Positions 20,912 to 30,800 of a DNA stretch of 46,545 nt are shown here, piece by piece. The notes beneath the pieces are model-generated. The model saw nothing but the letters and a program-made list of their open reading frames with translations. It searched no databases and was not told the DNA's origin. The stretch's first letter is position 1. Every line of letters starts with the position of its first letter. The DNA comes from Patescibacteria group bacterium (lineage in GTDB: Bacteria; Patescibacteriota; Minisyncoccia; JAHISW01; Tagabacteraceae), in assembly GCA_042577045.1 (NCBI GenBank), contig JBHPEK010000004.1, positions 1 through 46,545 of the forward strand, written 5' to 3'. The position numbers and the translations under genes are program-made.

Positions 20912-21796
20912 ATGAAAAATTTAGATAAAACTCTAATTTTATTAGTTGCATCTTTTGTTGCAATTGCGCTTTTTTTCTTTTTTTCAATAAAAATTATCGG
21001 AGCGCAAGAGGACACAAAAACATTTGTAATTGCAACTGTTAATGTTCAAAATGCTGAAATTTTGTCACAAGAGGAGAATAATTTTAAATTAGCTTTTGAT
21101 ATTACAAATAGAGTTGGTGTTCAACCGGGGATTAAATATATGGTTCGCCTTTTTAGTTCTAAGGGAGGATTATTTGATGAGAAAATTTACGATGAAACTA
21201 TTGATTTAAAAGAGGGTGACAGTATTCATAAAGAAATAGATTACGTTGCCCCAGATTCTTTAAATGGCGAATTCAAGGTTTTTATTATTAGTGAAAACTC
21301 TGTGGGTTTGTCTTTGGGAGGCGCGTTAGCGGGTGATGTTACGCTCAATGGAGATGGAGGTTCTGAAATTAGTCCTACTAATTATGATTCTGATGATTAT
21401 TCAGCTAAAGTTCAAAACTTGATTTTAGATAAAGATTTTTATTCAAAAGGAGATACTGCAAAGCTTTCTGTTACTTGGTTTGCTCGAGAAGATTTTGAAA
21501 AAGTAAATTTGCAGGTAAGTGTTGAAGATTGTTCAAATGTTTTTAGTAAAGAGATTTTAAAAGAAGATTTTGTTCCGATAATTGATGTTGAAATTCCTAT
21601 TATTAAGGATTGTAGAGATCCTCAAGTAAAAATTACTTTATTTGGTCCCGATAATAGTTCTTTAGATCAAACTGATTTTGGTGTTGTTACTGAATCTACC
21701 CCAGATTCTTCTGGGCAAGGATATGTATATGCAATAATCTTTATTGTTCTAATTGTGATTATTGGTTTAATAATCAAAAATAAAAAAGATGAATAA
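20912..21796 (+). CDS. Exported/membrane hypothetical protein
   Basis: N-terminal signal/TM, beta-rich middle, C-terminal TM and basic tail; overlaps the next start. Confidence 0.75.
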   Translation: MKNLDKTLILLVASFVAIALFFFFSIKIIGAQEDTKTFVIATVNVQNAEILSQEENNFKLAFDITNRVGVQPGIKYMVRLFSSKGGLFDEKIYDETIDLKEGDSIHKEIDYVAPDSLNGEFKVFIISENSVGLSLGGALAGDVTLNGDGGSEISPTNYDSDDYSAKVQNLILDKDFYSKGDTAKLSVTWFAREDFEKVNLQVSVEDCSNVFSKEILKEDFVPIIDVEIPIIKDCRDPQVKITLFGPDNSSLDQTDFGVVTESTPDSSGQGYVYAIIFIVLIVIIGLIIKNKKDE

Positions 21797-24700
21797 AATT
21801 TTAATATTTTTTGTTATTTTGTTGGCAGGATTATCTATTGGACCTTTGATGGTAAAAGCGGACACAGTAGCAATTACGGGCGATTTTTATAATTGCTGGC
21901 CACAATCGGGGACGAATACTTTTACGTTTAATTTGGACGAGTCTACTTATGTGGAGGGTGAGAATATGGAGGCGACATTACTTTCTCCTCCGTATATTCC
22001 GTGTGATGATATTGGGAATTCTCCAAATCTTTGTCCTGATATTTTAATGCTCGAAATCGGGGTGATCTGGGGGGTTGATCTTGAGAATTTTATGCTAAAT
22101 GGTGGCCTTGCTGGCTACGAGCCTGCAGATTTTTATTGTGGGACTGTGGATATCCCGACTCCTCTAATTTCAAATTCTCCCGCTCCTTCTGTTTCAGGAA
22201 ATTATAACGTTTCGGGGTTGATTGGCTACGGGGGGCTCGAAGAAGAAGACTGTTTTGATCCAGAAGATCCAGATACGTGGTATGGATGTCCACCAGAAGG
22301 CGTGATTTCATCTGGTAATCTTTCTATTTCTATATCAGTTCTCCCTGCTATTCCTACAAACATCACAGCAACAGAAAGCACTTGTGGACAAGTAAATTTG
22401 ACTTGGGATGATAATTCTAATGGAGAAGATGGATTCTATATAATTAGAAGACAATCCACTCCAACTAGTGGCAGTTATTCAACGATCGCCACGGTTGGAG
22501 CAAATGTAGAAAGTTATGTTGATACAAACGTAGAAGATGGCGCTGGATATTTTTATAGAGTAAGGGCCTATGATAGTGAATCAGGAGAAAACCCGAGTAA
22601 TAATAGCAATATTTATTATGATGGAATAGAAATAGCTGGGTGTCCTATATGCACAATAAATCTTGGTGTTTCTCCATCTGGTGCTGGTTCAGCCAGTGTT
22701 ACATCAGGAGACGAATCATATTATTGCGGAGATGGAAATACTTCTTTTGTTACAGCTTCTGAGAGTTCTGGGTATACCTTTTCAGGTTGGGATTCTACGG
22801 GAGATGGTAATGTAAATTATTCTGGTAACCCTCTAGAAGTTAATCATACTGCAACTAAGAATATTACAGCGTTGTTTACGGCGATCCCCATTACCGTCTC
22901 TGTTACTGCTACGACTCCATACAATATAGTTCCAAGCACAGCCATTTCTTTCGAGCATACTCCGTATACCAACATTGGATCAACACAATGTGCTTTAGTG
23001 GATTACAGGGCAGACATTTATCATGCATTGACTAGTTGGTCAACAGCTAATCCAATAGTCTATGGGTCTATAAGTACTCCTGGCTCTACTGATTATTACA
23101 TCATATGTAAAAATACCACATCTGGCACGATGGCAACTTCAAACAAGATTGTTGTGAACACAATAGGTCCTCCAACATTAAATGTATCAATAAGCCCAAG
23201 TCCAATAGTTGAGGGTGATTCAACTACACTAACATGGGATTCAGAGGATGCAACCAGTTGTACAGGTGATGGTGGTAATTCGATTACTTTGGATGGTAGC
23301 TTAACTTGGTCTCCTCCAGAAACAAGGACATTGACTTTGAATTGTACGGGCATAGGAGGAGATATTTCAGATAGTGCTACGGTCACTGTAAATCCAGCCG
23401 TCTATGACTGCGGACGTTGTAGTACTACCTATAATTATACTTGGGCAGAATTTCAAACAACTGATTCGGCTTGTGTTAATATAATTCCAGGAAGTGTTGT
23501 TTACAGCTGTAATTCATCTTGTGAAGAGGGTTATCTACTATATGATAGCTGTTGCATATCTACTTATGGCAACCCTTGTACCTCGGACCCTAACGTCTGT
23601 GGACAAACCGATACTGGAACAATTAACTGTGGTGGTGCATGTACAGCAAGTACTCCATCGGATGCTTCCTGTTCTGTTGATGGCGGATGGAGTGATTGGT
23701 CTTCTTGGGATTCTTGTTCAGTAGATTGTGGTGGTGGAACTCAAACAAGAACTAGAACATGTACAAATCCTGCGCCTGCTTATGGCGGAGCCGAATGTGT
23801 AGGAGCTTCTTCAGAGAATCAAGACTGTAATATACAAGCGTGTACTCTTAGTACGACCTTATCAGCCACACCATCTTCAGGAACGGCTCCATTAAATGAT
23901 GTTGATCTTACGGCTGATGTTAGTGGAACTGCTATTGGTACTATTAATTATACTTTCTATTGTAATCGTTCTGATACTGGTACGAATATTACAGAACCAT
24001 ATGACGCTAAATATGACGGAACCAATGATGACCCGAAAACAGCGACTGACGTTTGCGATTATGAAACAAGCGGTGGCTACACAGCTAAAGTTATTGTGGA
24101 AAGAGGAACAGCTGATCCTGCTGAAGCAAGACAGGCAATAACTGTTGATTGTGCATATGGGGCAGGTGATATTTGTTATTCAGATCCAAATTCCTGTGGT
24201 AGCAGATATCAAGGAATTGTTTCGTGCGGTGGGAGTTGCTCTGTGGGAAGCACACCACCACCAGACAGTGAGTGCACACCAACCAAGCCATCAAGTCTTG
24301 ATGCAGACGCCGGAGCTTGTGGAGAAATAGATTTAGAGTGGACAGATAATTCAGACAATGAAGATGGTTTTAAGATAGAAAGAGCGGCGGGTGCTAGTGG
24401 AATATATAATCAAATAGACACAGTTGGCGCAAATGTAATAATATATACAGATTCTGATTCTGCATTAGAGAGTGGAGTTAATTATGACTATAGAGTGAAA
24501 GCATATAATAGTACTGGTGGTGATTCTGATTATTCAAATAAGGCAAATGATACGGTGGTCGGGTGTACTTTGAGTGTTACACTTTTGGCCACTCCCTCGT
24601 CAGGAAACGCACCGTTGAACAACGTAGACTTAACTGCTTCTGTAAGTGGAACTGAAACAGAAACTATCAACTATACTTTCTATTGTAATAAAAATACTGG

Positions 24701-25577
24701 AAATACTATTCCTGACAATGAACCCGACCATGACTTTAAGATAGACGGAACAGATATCAACCCGTATGAAAAACTAGATTTGTGTGATTATTCAACAGAT
24801 GGAACATATACAGCGAAGGTTATTGTAGAAAGGGGAAGTTCAGCTCCTGCAACTGAAGATAGGCAGACTATTACAGTGGCAAACAATATTCCTACGGCAA
24901 CAGAATTACAAACAAGTAGTGGAGGCTATTGTACGTCTCCGTATCAGAGTTTTTCTTGGACGTATTCTGATTCTGACGGAAATCCTCAAAGTCAGTTCCA
25001 ATTTCAAGTAGATAATAATAGTAATTTTAATACGCCGGCAGTGAACAGGTGTGGCGATTTGCAAGAACCTGTTGGAGATAGTTGTCCTGTTCCAGGAAGT
25101 CTTTCAAATGATCCTCCAGCTCCAAATAATCAAACTGTTACTATAGCTGTTTTTCCTGGAGACAATCAAATTGGTTATAACGATACTTATTATTGGAGGG
25201 TGAGAGTTTATGATTCTACTGGTCAGGAGTCTGTATGGGTAGAAGGAACACCAGTAACAACCGCCGACCACATATATCCCACCTTAGATTTTAGGTGGGA
25301 ACCAGAAACAGTTCACAAAGATGAAGATATTTCTTTTTTTGATGAGTCAGTTGTTGACTACTCAGGACCATTTGCACCTGCTTGGACCTGGACCTTTGCA
25401 GATGGCGTCCCAATAAATTCTTCTGCACAAAATCCAACAGATATACAATTTGTTTCCACAGGATTGAAGCAAGTAAGTCTTCAGGTTACAGATTCCGATG
25501 GATATAGTTGTCCATCTTCGGATGATGTTAATGTAAAAATTAATTTACCCACGTGGATAGAGGTTCTTCCAGAATAA
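21789..25577 (+). CDS. Large secreted Cys-rich surface protein with FN3, thrombospondin type-1 and PKD-like domains
   Basis: Signal peptide; two 'L.W.DNS..EDGF.I.R...Y.YRV.AY' FN3 repeats; TSP1 'WSDWSSW..CSVDCGGG...RTRTC'; C-terminal 'WTWTF.DG...NP' PKD-like. Confidence 0.85.
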   Translation: MNKILIFFVILLAGLSIGPLMVKADTVAITGDFYNCWPQSGTNTFTFNLDESTYVEGENMEATLLSPPYIPCDDIGNSPNLCPDILMLEIGVIWGVDLENFMLNGGLAGYEPADFYCGTVDIPTPLISNSPAPSVSGNYNVSGLIGYGGLEEEDCFDPEDPDTWYGCPPEGVISSGNLSISISVLPAIPTNITATESTCGQVNLTWDDNSNGEDGFYIIRRQSTPTSGSYSTIATVGANVESYVDTNVEDGAGYFYRVRAYDSESGENPSNNSNIYYDGIEIAGCPICTINLGVSPSGAGSASVTSGDESYYCGDGNTSFVTASESSGYTFSGWDSTGDGNVNYSGNPLEVNHTATKNITALFTAIPITVSVTATTPYNIVPSTAISFEHTPYTNIGSTQCALVDYRADIYHALTSWSTANPIVYGSISTPGSTDYYIICKNTTSGTMATSNKIVVNTIGPPTLNVSISPSPIVEGDSTTLTWDSEDATSCTGDGGNSITLDGSLTWSPPETRTLTLNCTGIGGDISDSATVTVNPAVYDCGRCSTTYNYTWAEFQTTDSACVNIIPGSVVYSCNSSCEEGYLLYDSCCISTYGNPCTSDPNVCGQTDTGTINCGGACTASTPSDASCSVDGGWSDWSSWDSCSVDCGGGTQTRTRTCTNPAPAYGGAECVGASSENQDCNIQACTLSTTLSATPSSGTAPLNDVDLTADVSGTAIGTINYTFYCNRSDTGTNITEPYDAKYDGTNDDPKTATDVCDYETSGGYTAKVIVERGTADPAEARQAITVDCAYGAGDICYSDPNSCGSRYQGIVSCGGSCSVGSTPPPDSECTPTKPSSLDADAGACGEIDLEWTDNSDNEDGFKIERAAGASGIYNQIDTVGANVIIYTDSDSALESGVNYDYRVKAYNSTGGDSDYSNKANDTVVGCTLSVTLLATPSSGNAPLNNVDLTASVSGTETETINYTFYCNKNTGNTIPDNEPDHDFKIDGTDINPYEKLDLCDYSTDGTYTAKVIVERGSSAPATEDRQTITVANNIPTATELQTSSGGYCTSPYQSFSWTYSDSDGNPQSQFQFQVDNNSNFNTPAVNRCGDLQEPVGDSCPVPGSLSNDPPAPNNQTVTIAVFPGDNQIGYNDTYYWRVRVYDSTGQESVWVEGTPVTTADHIYPTLDFRWEPETVHKDEDISFFDESVVDYSGPFAPAWTWTFADGVPINSSAQNPTDIQFVSTGLKQVSLQVTDSDGYSCPSSDDVNVKINLPTWIEVLPE

Positions 25578-25605
25578 TTAATTCTGTTGTATATTACATA
25601 CAACA

Positions 25606-26820
25606 ATGGCTATCAAAAAAACAAAGAAAACTATCAAAAAGAAAGTGGTAAAGAAAGTTACCAAGCGGAAGGTGGTAGCTAAAAAACCGGCTCGCCTCGC
25701 TGGAGCTGTGGCGAAGCGGGTAAAAAGGGTAAAAAAGAAAGATAAGAAAGAAAAAGAACTAACAAACGAACAAAAGATAGAAAAACTCCTAAAAAAGGGA
25801 CAGACCAGAGGTTTTGTAACTCACAAAGAGATCTTGAAAGAATTCCCCAAAGTGGAAGAGGATTTGGTGTTTTTAGATCATCTTTATTTCAAATTTGAGG
25901 AACAGGGAGTAGATGTTTTAGATAGTACGGATCTTTTACAGTTTGGTGATGATAATATAGACGAAAAAGAGGCGATTACCAAAGCACCAACTTCGTCTGA
26001 TTCAGTACAGATGTATTTGAAAGAAATTGGAAAAATTTCCCTTATTCCTGCTCAAGAAGAAAAGAGATTGGCCAAACTGATTGAACAAGGAGATGAAGAT
26101 GCCAAAAAACAATTAGCCCAAGCCAATTTACGTTTGGTTGTTTCTATTGCCAAAAGATATATTTCTCGAACCCCAAACCTAACAATTTTAGACCTTATTC
26201 AAGAAGGGAACTTAGGTCTTTTTAGGGCGGTAGAAAAATTTGACTGGCGAAGAGGTTTTAAATTCTCAACATATGCAACTTGGTGGATTAGGCAAGCGAT
26301 TACTAGAGCTTTGGCGGATCAAGCGAAAACTATTCGTATTCCAGTGCATATGGTGGAGAGTATTTCTAAGTATCAGCAAAACGTGCGAAGATTAACACAA
26401 GACTTGGGTAGAGAACCATTGGCTGAAGAAATTGCTTCAGAGATGGGGTTGGAAGTGGAAAAAATTAGACATATGCAAAAGATTTCTCAAGAAACGGTTT
26501 CTTTGGAGGCGCCGGTGGGTGATGATGATAAAGATTCTACGCTTGGAGAATTTATTGAAGATGACAAGATTTTGTCACCAGACCAACAGTCGATGAGAGG
26601 TATTTTGAAAGATCAGGTTGGAGAGATTTTGGTTGATTTAACTTTACGAGAGAGAAAAATTTTAGAGATGAGATTTGGATTAACTGATGGAGTTACTCAT
26701 ACACTTGAAGAAGTGGGGAGGGAGTTTGGAGTAACCAGAGAGCGAATTAGGCAGATTGAGGCGAAAGCGATTGAAAAAATTCGTTTACATGGTAAACTCA
26801 AAAAGTTGAGAGAATATTAA
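25606..26820 (+). CDS. rpoD: Primary RNA polymerase sigma factor RpoD/SigA
   Basis: '[11 protein letters not shown]', '[11 protein letters not shown]', '[16 protein letters not shown]', '[20 protein letters not shown]'. Confidence 0.97.
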   Translation: MAIKKTKKTIKKKVVKKVTKRKVVAKKPARLAGAVAKRVKRVKKKDKKEKELTNEQKIEKLLKKGQTRGFVTHKEILKEFPKVEEDLVFLDHLYFKFEEQGVDVLDSTDLLQFGDDNIDEKEAITKAPTSSDSVQMYLKEIGKISLIPAQEEKRLAKLIEQGDEDAKKQLAQANLRLVVSIAKRYISRTPNLTILDLIQEGNLGLFRAVEKFDWRRGFKFSTYATWWIRQAITRALADQAKTIRIPVHMVESISKYQQNVRRLTQDLGREPLAEEIASEMGLEVEKIRHMQKISQETVSLEAPVGDDDKDSTLGEFIEDDKILSPDQQSMRGILKDQVGEILVDLTLRERKILEMRFGLTDGVTHTLEEVGREFGVTRERIRQIEAKAIEKIRLHGKLKKLREY

Positions 26821-26835
26821 GATAAAATAACTGGC

Positions 26836-27080
26836 TCTGCGGTAGCTCAATGGTAGCGGAAAAAAGTAAAGATGTTTACTTTTTTCCACTGTTTTAAAAT
26901 ATAAAGCTCTGGCGTAGCTCAATGGTAGAGCAACTCCCTGTTAAGGAGTGGGTTGCAGGTTCGAATCCTGCCGCCAGAGCTTTATGTTTTAATCAGGAAT
27001 TGGTTGCGGGTTCGAAGCCCTAAAGGACTGCTGTTTGTAACCACGCAAAGCGTGGACAAACAGGGAGCCTGCCTGCAGAG
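26836..27080 (+). ncRNA. Interrupted outer tRNA-like shell enclosing tRNA-Asn
   Basis: 5' TCTGCGG-TAGCTCAATGGTAG and 3' GCGGG-TTCGAAG...CCTGC-CTGCAGA-G pair with each other; three hairpin insertions. Confidence 0.55.
26908..26979 (+). tRNA. tRNA-Asn (anticodon GTT)
   Basis: Acceptor TCTGGCG/CGCCAGA, D arm GCTC-AATGGTA-GAGC, ACTCC-CTGTTAA-GGAGT, GCAGG-TTCGAAT-CCTGC. Confidence 0.96.
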
Positions 27081-27087
27081 CAAACTG

Positions 27088-27116
27088 TTGACACGATTGA
27101 TATAATCGTGTATAAT
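27088..27116 (+). promoter_or_regulatory. Consensus sigma70 promoter with a palindromic spacer
   Basis: TTGACA-17 nt-TATAAT; inverted repeat acacgatt-N5-aatcgtgt (27091-27111). Confidence 0.75.
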
Positions 27117-27167
27117 TACTTATAGAATTTATAGAACTAAAAACTTTGACAATAGGGAGGAATTGAA

Positions 27168-27593
27168 ATGAACCAAATGCAGTTATTTACAGTTGTGGGT
27201 GTTATTGCTTTTTTGTTCGTCAGTTTTTTTACTGTCGCAAACACTTACGAACGCCATTACTATGTCGGCAAAGGTGACAACAAGCAACTTTACAAAGCGC
27301 TACACATTGCACTGCCAGGTTACACGACCATTTATTACCCTGAACAGGAAGTAGATTTACAAAAGTGGACAGGGTCAAAGTATGATGGGTTGGTAGCCGT
27401 CAACAAGAAAGACGGAACTGAAAACCTTGAAGTGACAGCGAGCTTTGCACTGAAAGCGATGGGGCTTTATACAGACTATAAATTGAAAGAGAAGAATGGG
27501 CATTATATCTTGCATCGTCCTGAAAAAACTACGGAGATATTTACCTGGAAAGCGTACTATCGTATCTGGAAGGGCAAAAAAGCAGAATCATAA
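27168..27593 (+). CDS. Hypothetical protein with N-terminal TM/signal
   Basis: Own promoter, SD GGGAGG, 141-aa ORF, hairpin with T run at about 27612-27645. Confidence 0.7.
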   Translation: MNQMQLFTVVGVIAFLFVSFFTVANTYERHYYVGKGDNKQLYKALHIALPGYTTIYYPEQEVDLQKWTGSKYDGLVAVNKKDGTENLEVTASFALKAMGLYTDYKLKEKNGHYILHRPEKTTEIFTWKAYYRIWKGKKAES

Positions 27594-27732
27594 GGTTTTT
27601 TAACCAGGAACAAAAAGCGGCGCGATAACATCAATCCGCTTTTTTATTTTGCAAACTCATATTGTGGCAAAGATAGTATTTGCTCCAATTCTTTCTTAAT
27701 AGTTACCCAATAAAGAGTTCTGTTTTCGTTCC

Positions 27733-27767
27733 TACACCTACACGATACTCGGTATCGTGTAGGTGTA
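27733..27767. repeat. Palindrome of the CTACACGATAC family (opposite orientation), 16-bp stem
   Basis: tacacctacacgatac-tcg-gtatcgtgtaggtgta. Confidence 0.9.
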
Positions 27768-27889
27768 CTCTAAGGAGTGCGGGTTTTCACCTTGAAAATA
27801 CTAAAAATATGAATATTAATCTCGTAATAACTTTGTTTTTTTGGTATTATTAGATTATTACCAAATGTTATTCTAAATATATTATTTGT

Positions 27890-30800
27890 ATGAATAGTTT
27901 TTTAAAAAATAACTTTAAAATTATCTGTTTTATTGTTTTTTTGAGTGTTTTTTCTTTTTCAATTTTTATTGATTATTCTAGTGCGCAAGGCAAGGGTGGC
28001 GGACAAGAAGTGAACTTAGTTTTAAGTCATATCGAATGCGCTGAGGAGCAAGGGCAGGTTGAATTCCATTTTGTTGTTAATCACCTTGATAAAGATGCTA
28101 GTGATTTTGGCACGGTTAGCTACACAGTTAATAGTCAAAATTTTACGGCGGATTTTGATAAGCTTACAGGCAAAACTGCTCATTATTTAAGCTATATTTC
28201 CTATACGAGCTCCAGCTATGATGTTTCCAGTGCAAGCGTGACTGTTGAGGGAGAAGCCTTAACTTTGCACAACCTACAAAATAAAGAATTATCCTGCCAA
28301 ACAGAGGTAGACCTATCTATTTCTAAAACAGTTGATAATGCAAGCCCCTCCGCAGGCGATACAATCACTTATACAATAACTGTGCAAAACAACAGTAGCT
28401 TTGGCACAGAAAATGTTATTGCCGAGGATCAACTGCCTGCTGGAATTACTTATCAATCACACAGCACCTCGCAGGGTAGTTATGATCAAGGAAGTGGTGC
28501 GTGGAATATAGGACAGCTAAACGACTCTTCTTCTGCCACGCTTGATATTACTGTTTTAGTTGACGATTCTTCTGCGGGTATGGATATAGAAAATGTTGGA
28601 AGTGTTGTTTCTTCAGATACGCCGGATTCATCTTTGGAAAACAATTATGATGATGCGCTTATCACAATAAGCTTTATTGCGCCAGTTGCCCATGACGATG
28701 ATTATTCAGTTGATGAGGATGAAATTCTGCATATTGATGCTCCAGGTCCTTTATCTAATGATGAACATATTGACCAAGGGGCAATTACCGCTGTTATTGC
28801 CAATCATCCATCTCATGGAGAAATAACTTTTCATGACAGTGGAGAATTTACATACACGCCTGCAGAAGATTATAACGGCACAGACAGTTTTACTTATGAA
28901 GTTTGTGGGGATCACTCTTTGTGCAATACAGCAACCGTGGCGATTACAATTAATTCTGTTAACGATGCGCCCGTAGCAAGTGGTGATTTGGCTACTACTG
29001 TGGAAGGTCAGCCGGTCACGATAAATGTTATACATGATGACCACGACGTAGATGATAATTTAGACCCGTCTTCTGTATCTATTGTTGATTTACCTACGAA
29101 TGGCATCGCGGTACCAAATACAGATGGAACTGTTGTTTATACTCCAAATGATGGTTTTGTGGGAACAGATATTTTTACTTATAGTGTGTGTGATACAGAA
29201 GGCCTGTGTAGTGAAGTATCTTCCGAAGTATCAGTTTTGGTTTTAAGCGAAGAAGGAGCTTCGTTGATTGCTGTTGGTGATCTTACTACTATAGATGAAG
29301 GATCTTCAGCGATAATTTCTGTTTTGCTTAATGATATATATACGGGCGAAGGCGAACTTTATCTTGACTCAATTTTAGAATCCCCAACACATGGCGAGAT
29401 TACTATAAACGAAGGTGGGACTATTACTTATACACCAGAGGAAGATTTTTTTGGCACAGATTATTTTACTTATGTTGTTTGTGATAATCTAGATCCACAA
29501 ATTTGCGCCGAATCAGATGAAGGGACTATTACAGTAAATGGCGTCAATGATGCTCCGATTGCAAATGATGATGTTGTTGCTATTGAAGAAAACGAGACAA
29601 TAGTTATCCATGTTACCCATGATGATATTGATATGGACAACAACCTAGACGAAACTTCACTTTCTTTGGAAAGTAGCCCAAGCAGTGGTACTGCCGAAGC
29701 ACACATTGATGGAACCATCTCTTACACACCCCACAAAGATTACACTGGAAGCGACGAATTTATGTATAAAATTTGCGATGAAGGAGAAATGTGCGATACA
29801 GCGAGGGTCTCTGTTTCAATTATAGGAGCAGTTCATGCGCCTACGGCAAACAATGACTATATTTCTGTAATTGGTAGCGAATCCGTCCAAATAAATGTTT
29901 TAGAAAATGATGAGAGTGAAAGTGGTAATTTATATGTAGACAGGATTTTGAATGATGCTCTTTTCGGAACATCTGTTTTAAATGGCGACAATACGATTAC
30001 GTATACGCCAAATGAAGAATATTATGGGGAGGATGAAATTGTATATATTGCTTGCTCTGAACCTGATGTTTGCGCTCAAGCGGAAATATTTATTACGGTA
30101 AGCGAAATGAATCATGCGCCAGAGGCCCATGATGATATTGCTAGTACTTTCAAAAACGAAACTGTTGTTATTAATGTTATCCATGATGATATTGATGTAG
30201 ATAATAATATAGATCCATCTTCTGTTTCTATAACAAGTGGTGTTATGAATGGCAGGCTTACCGAAAATGATGATGGAACAATTTCTTATACTCCTGATCC
30301 AGGTTTTGGCGGAACAGATACTTTTAAATATAAAGTTTGTGACACAGATGGTTTGTGTAGCGAAGTTCACGCTACTGTAGAGGTGTCGGTAATAGAAAAA
30401 CCCAAGACTAATACTAGTGGTTCGGGTGGTGGAGGTGGGGGGTCTTCCATCGTCGTTCCTATAGGAATAGATGACGAAGGGAGTGTTTTTCGTCATGAAG
30501 TTTTACTAGTTGATCCACTGGCGAATGATTTGCCACTCAATAGTTCATATTTGTTTGTTTCTCGTATTTCGTATGAGCCACTTTATGGAACGGTTGAAAT
30601 AAATGAAGATAATACTATTTCTTATTTTCCAGACGGAGAGTATGTTGGAGTAGACAGATTTGATTATGTAGTCTGTGATTCAAGGGTAAGCAGGCTTTGT
30701 TCGGACGCTGAGGTGGTAGTTACTGTTTCTGAGGATGACACAGCGCCGATTGCTCAAGATGATTTTGTGAGTGTTCATGAAAATGGCTCAGCTGAAATTG

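Noticed and set aside
26886-26998. Outer tRNA as an ochre (TTA anticodon) suppressor after removing the inner tRNA
   Set aside because: The rejoined arm has only a 3-bp CTG/CAG stem and the junction is ambiguous, so the anticodon cannot be assigned.
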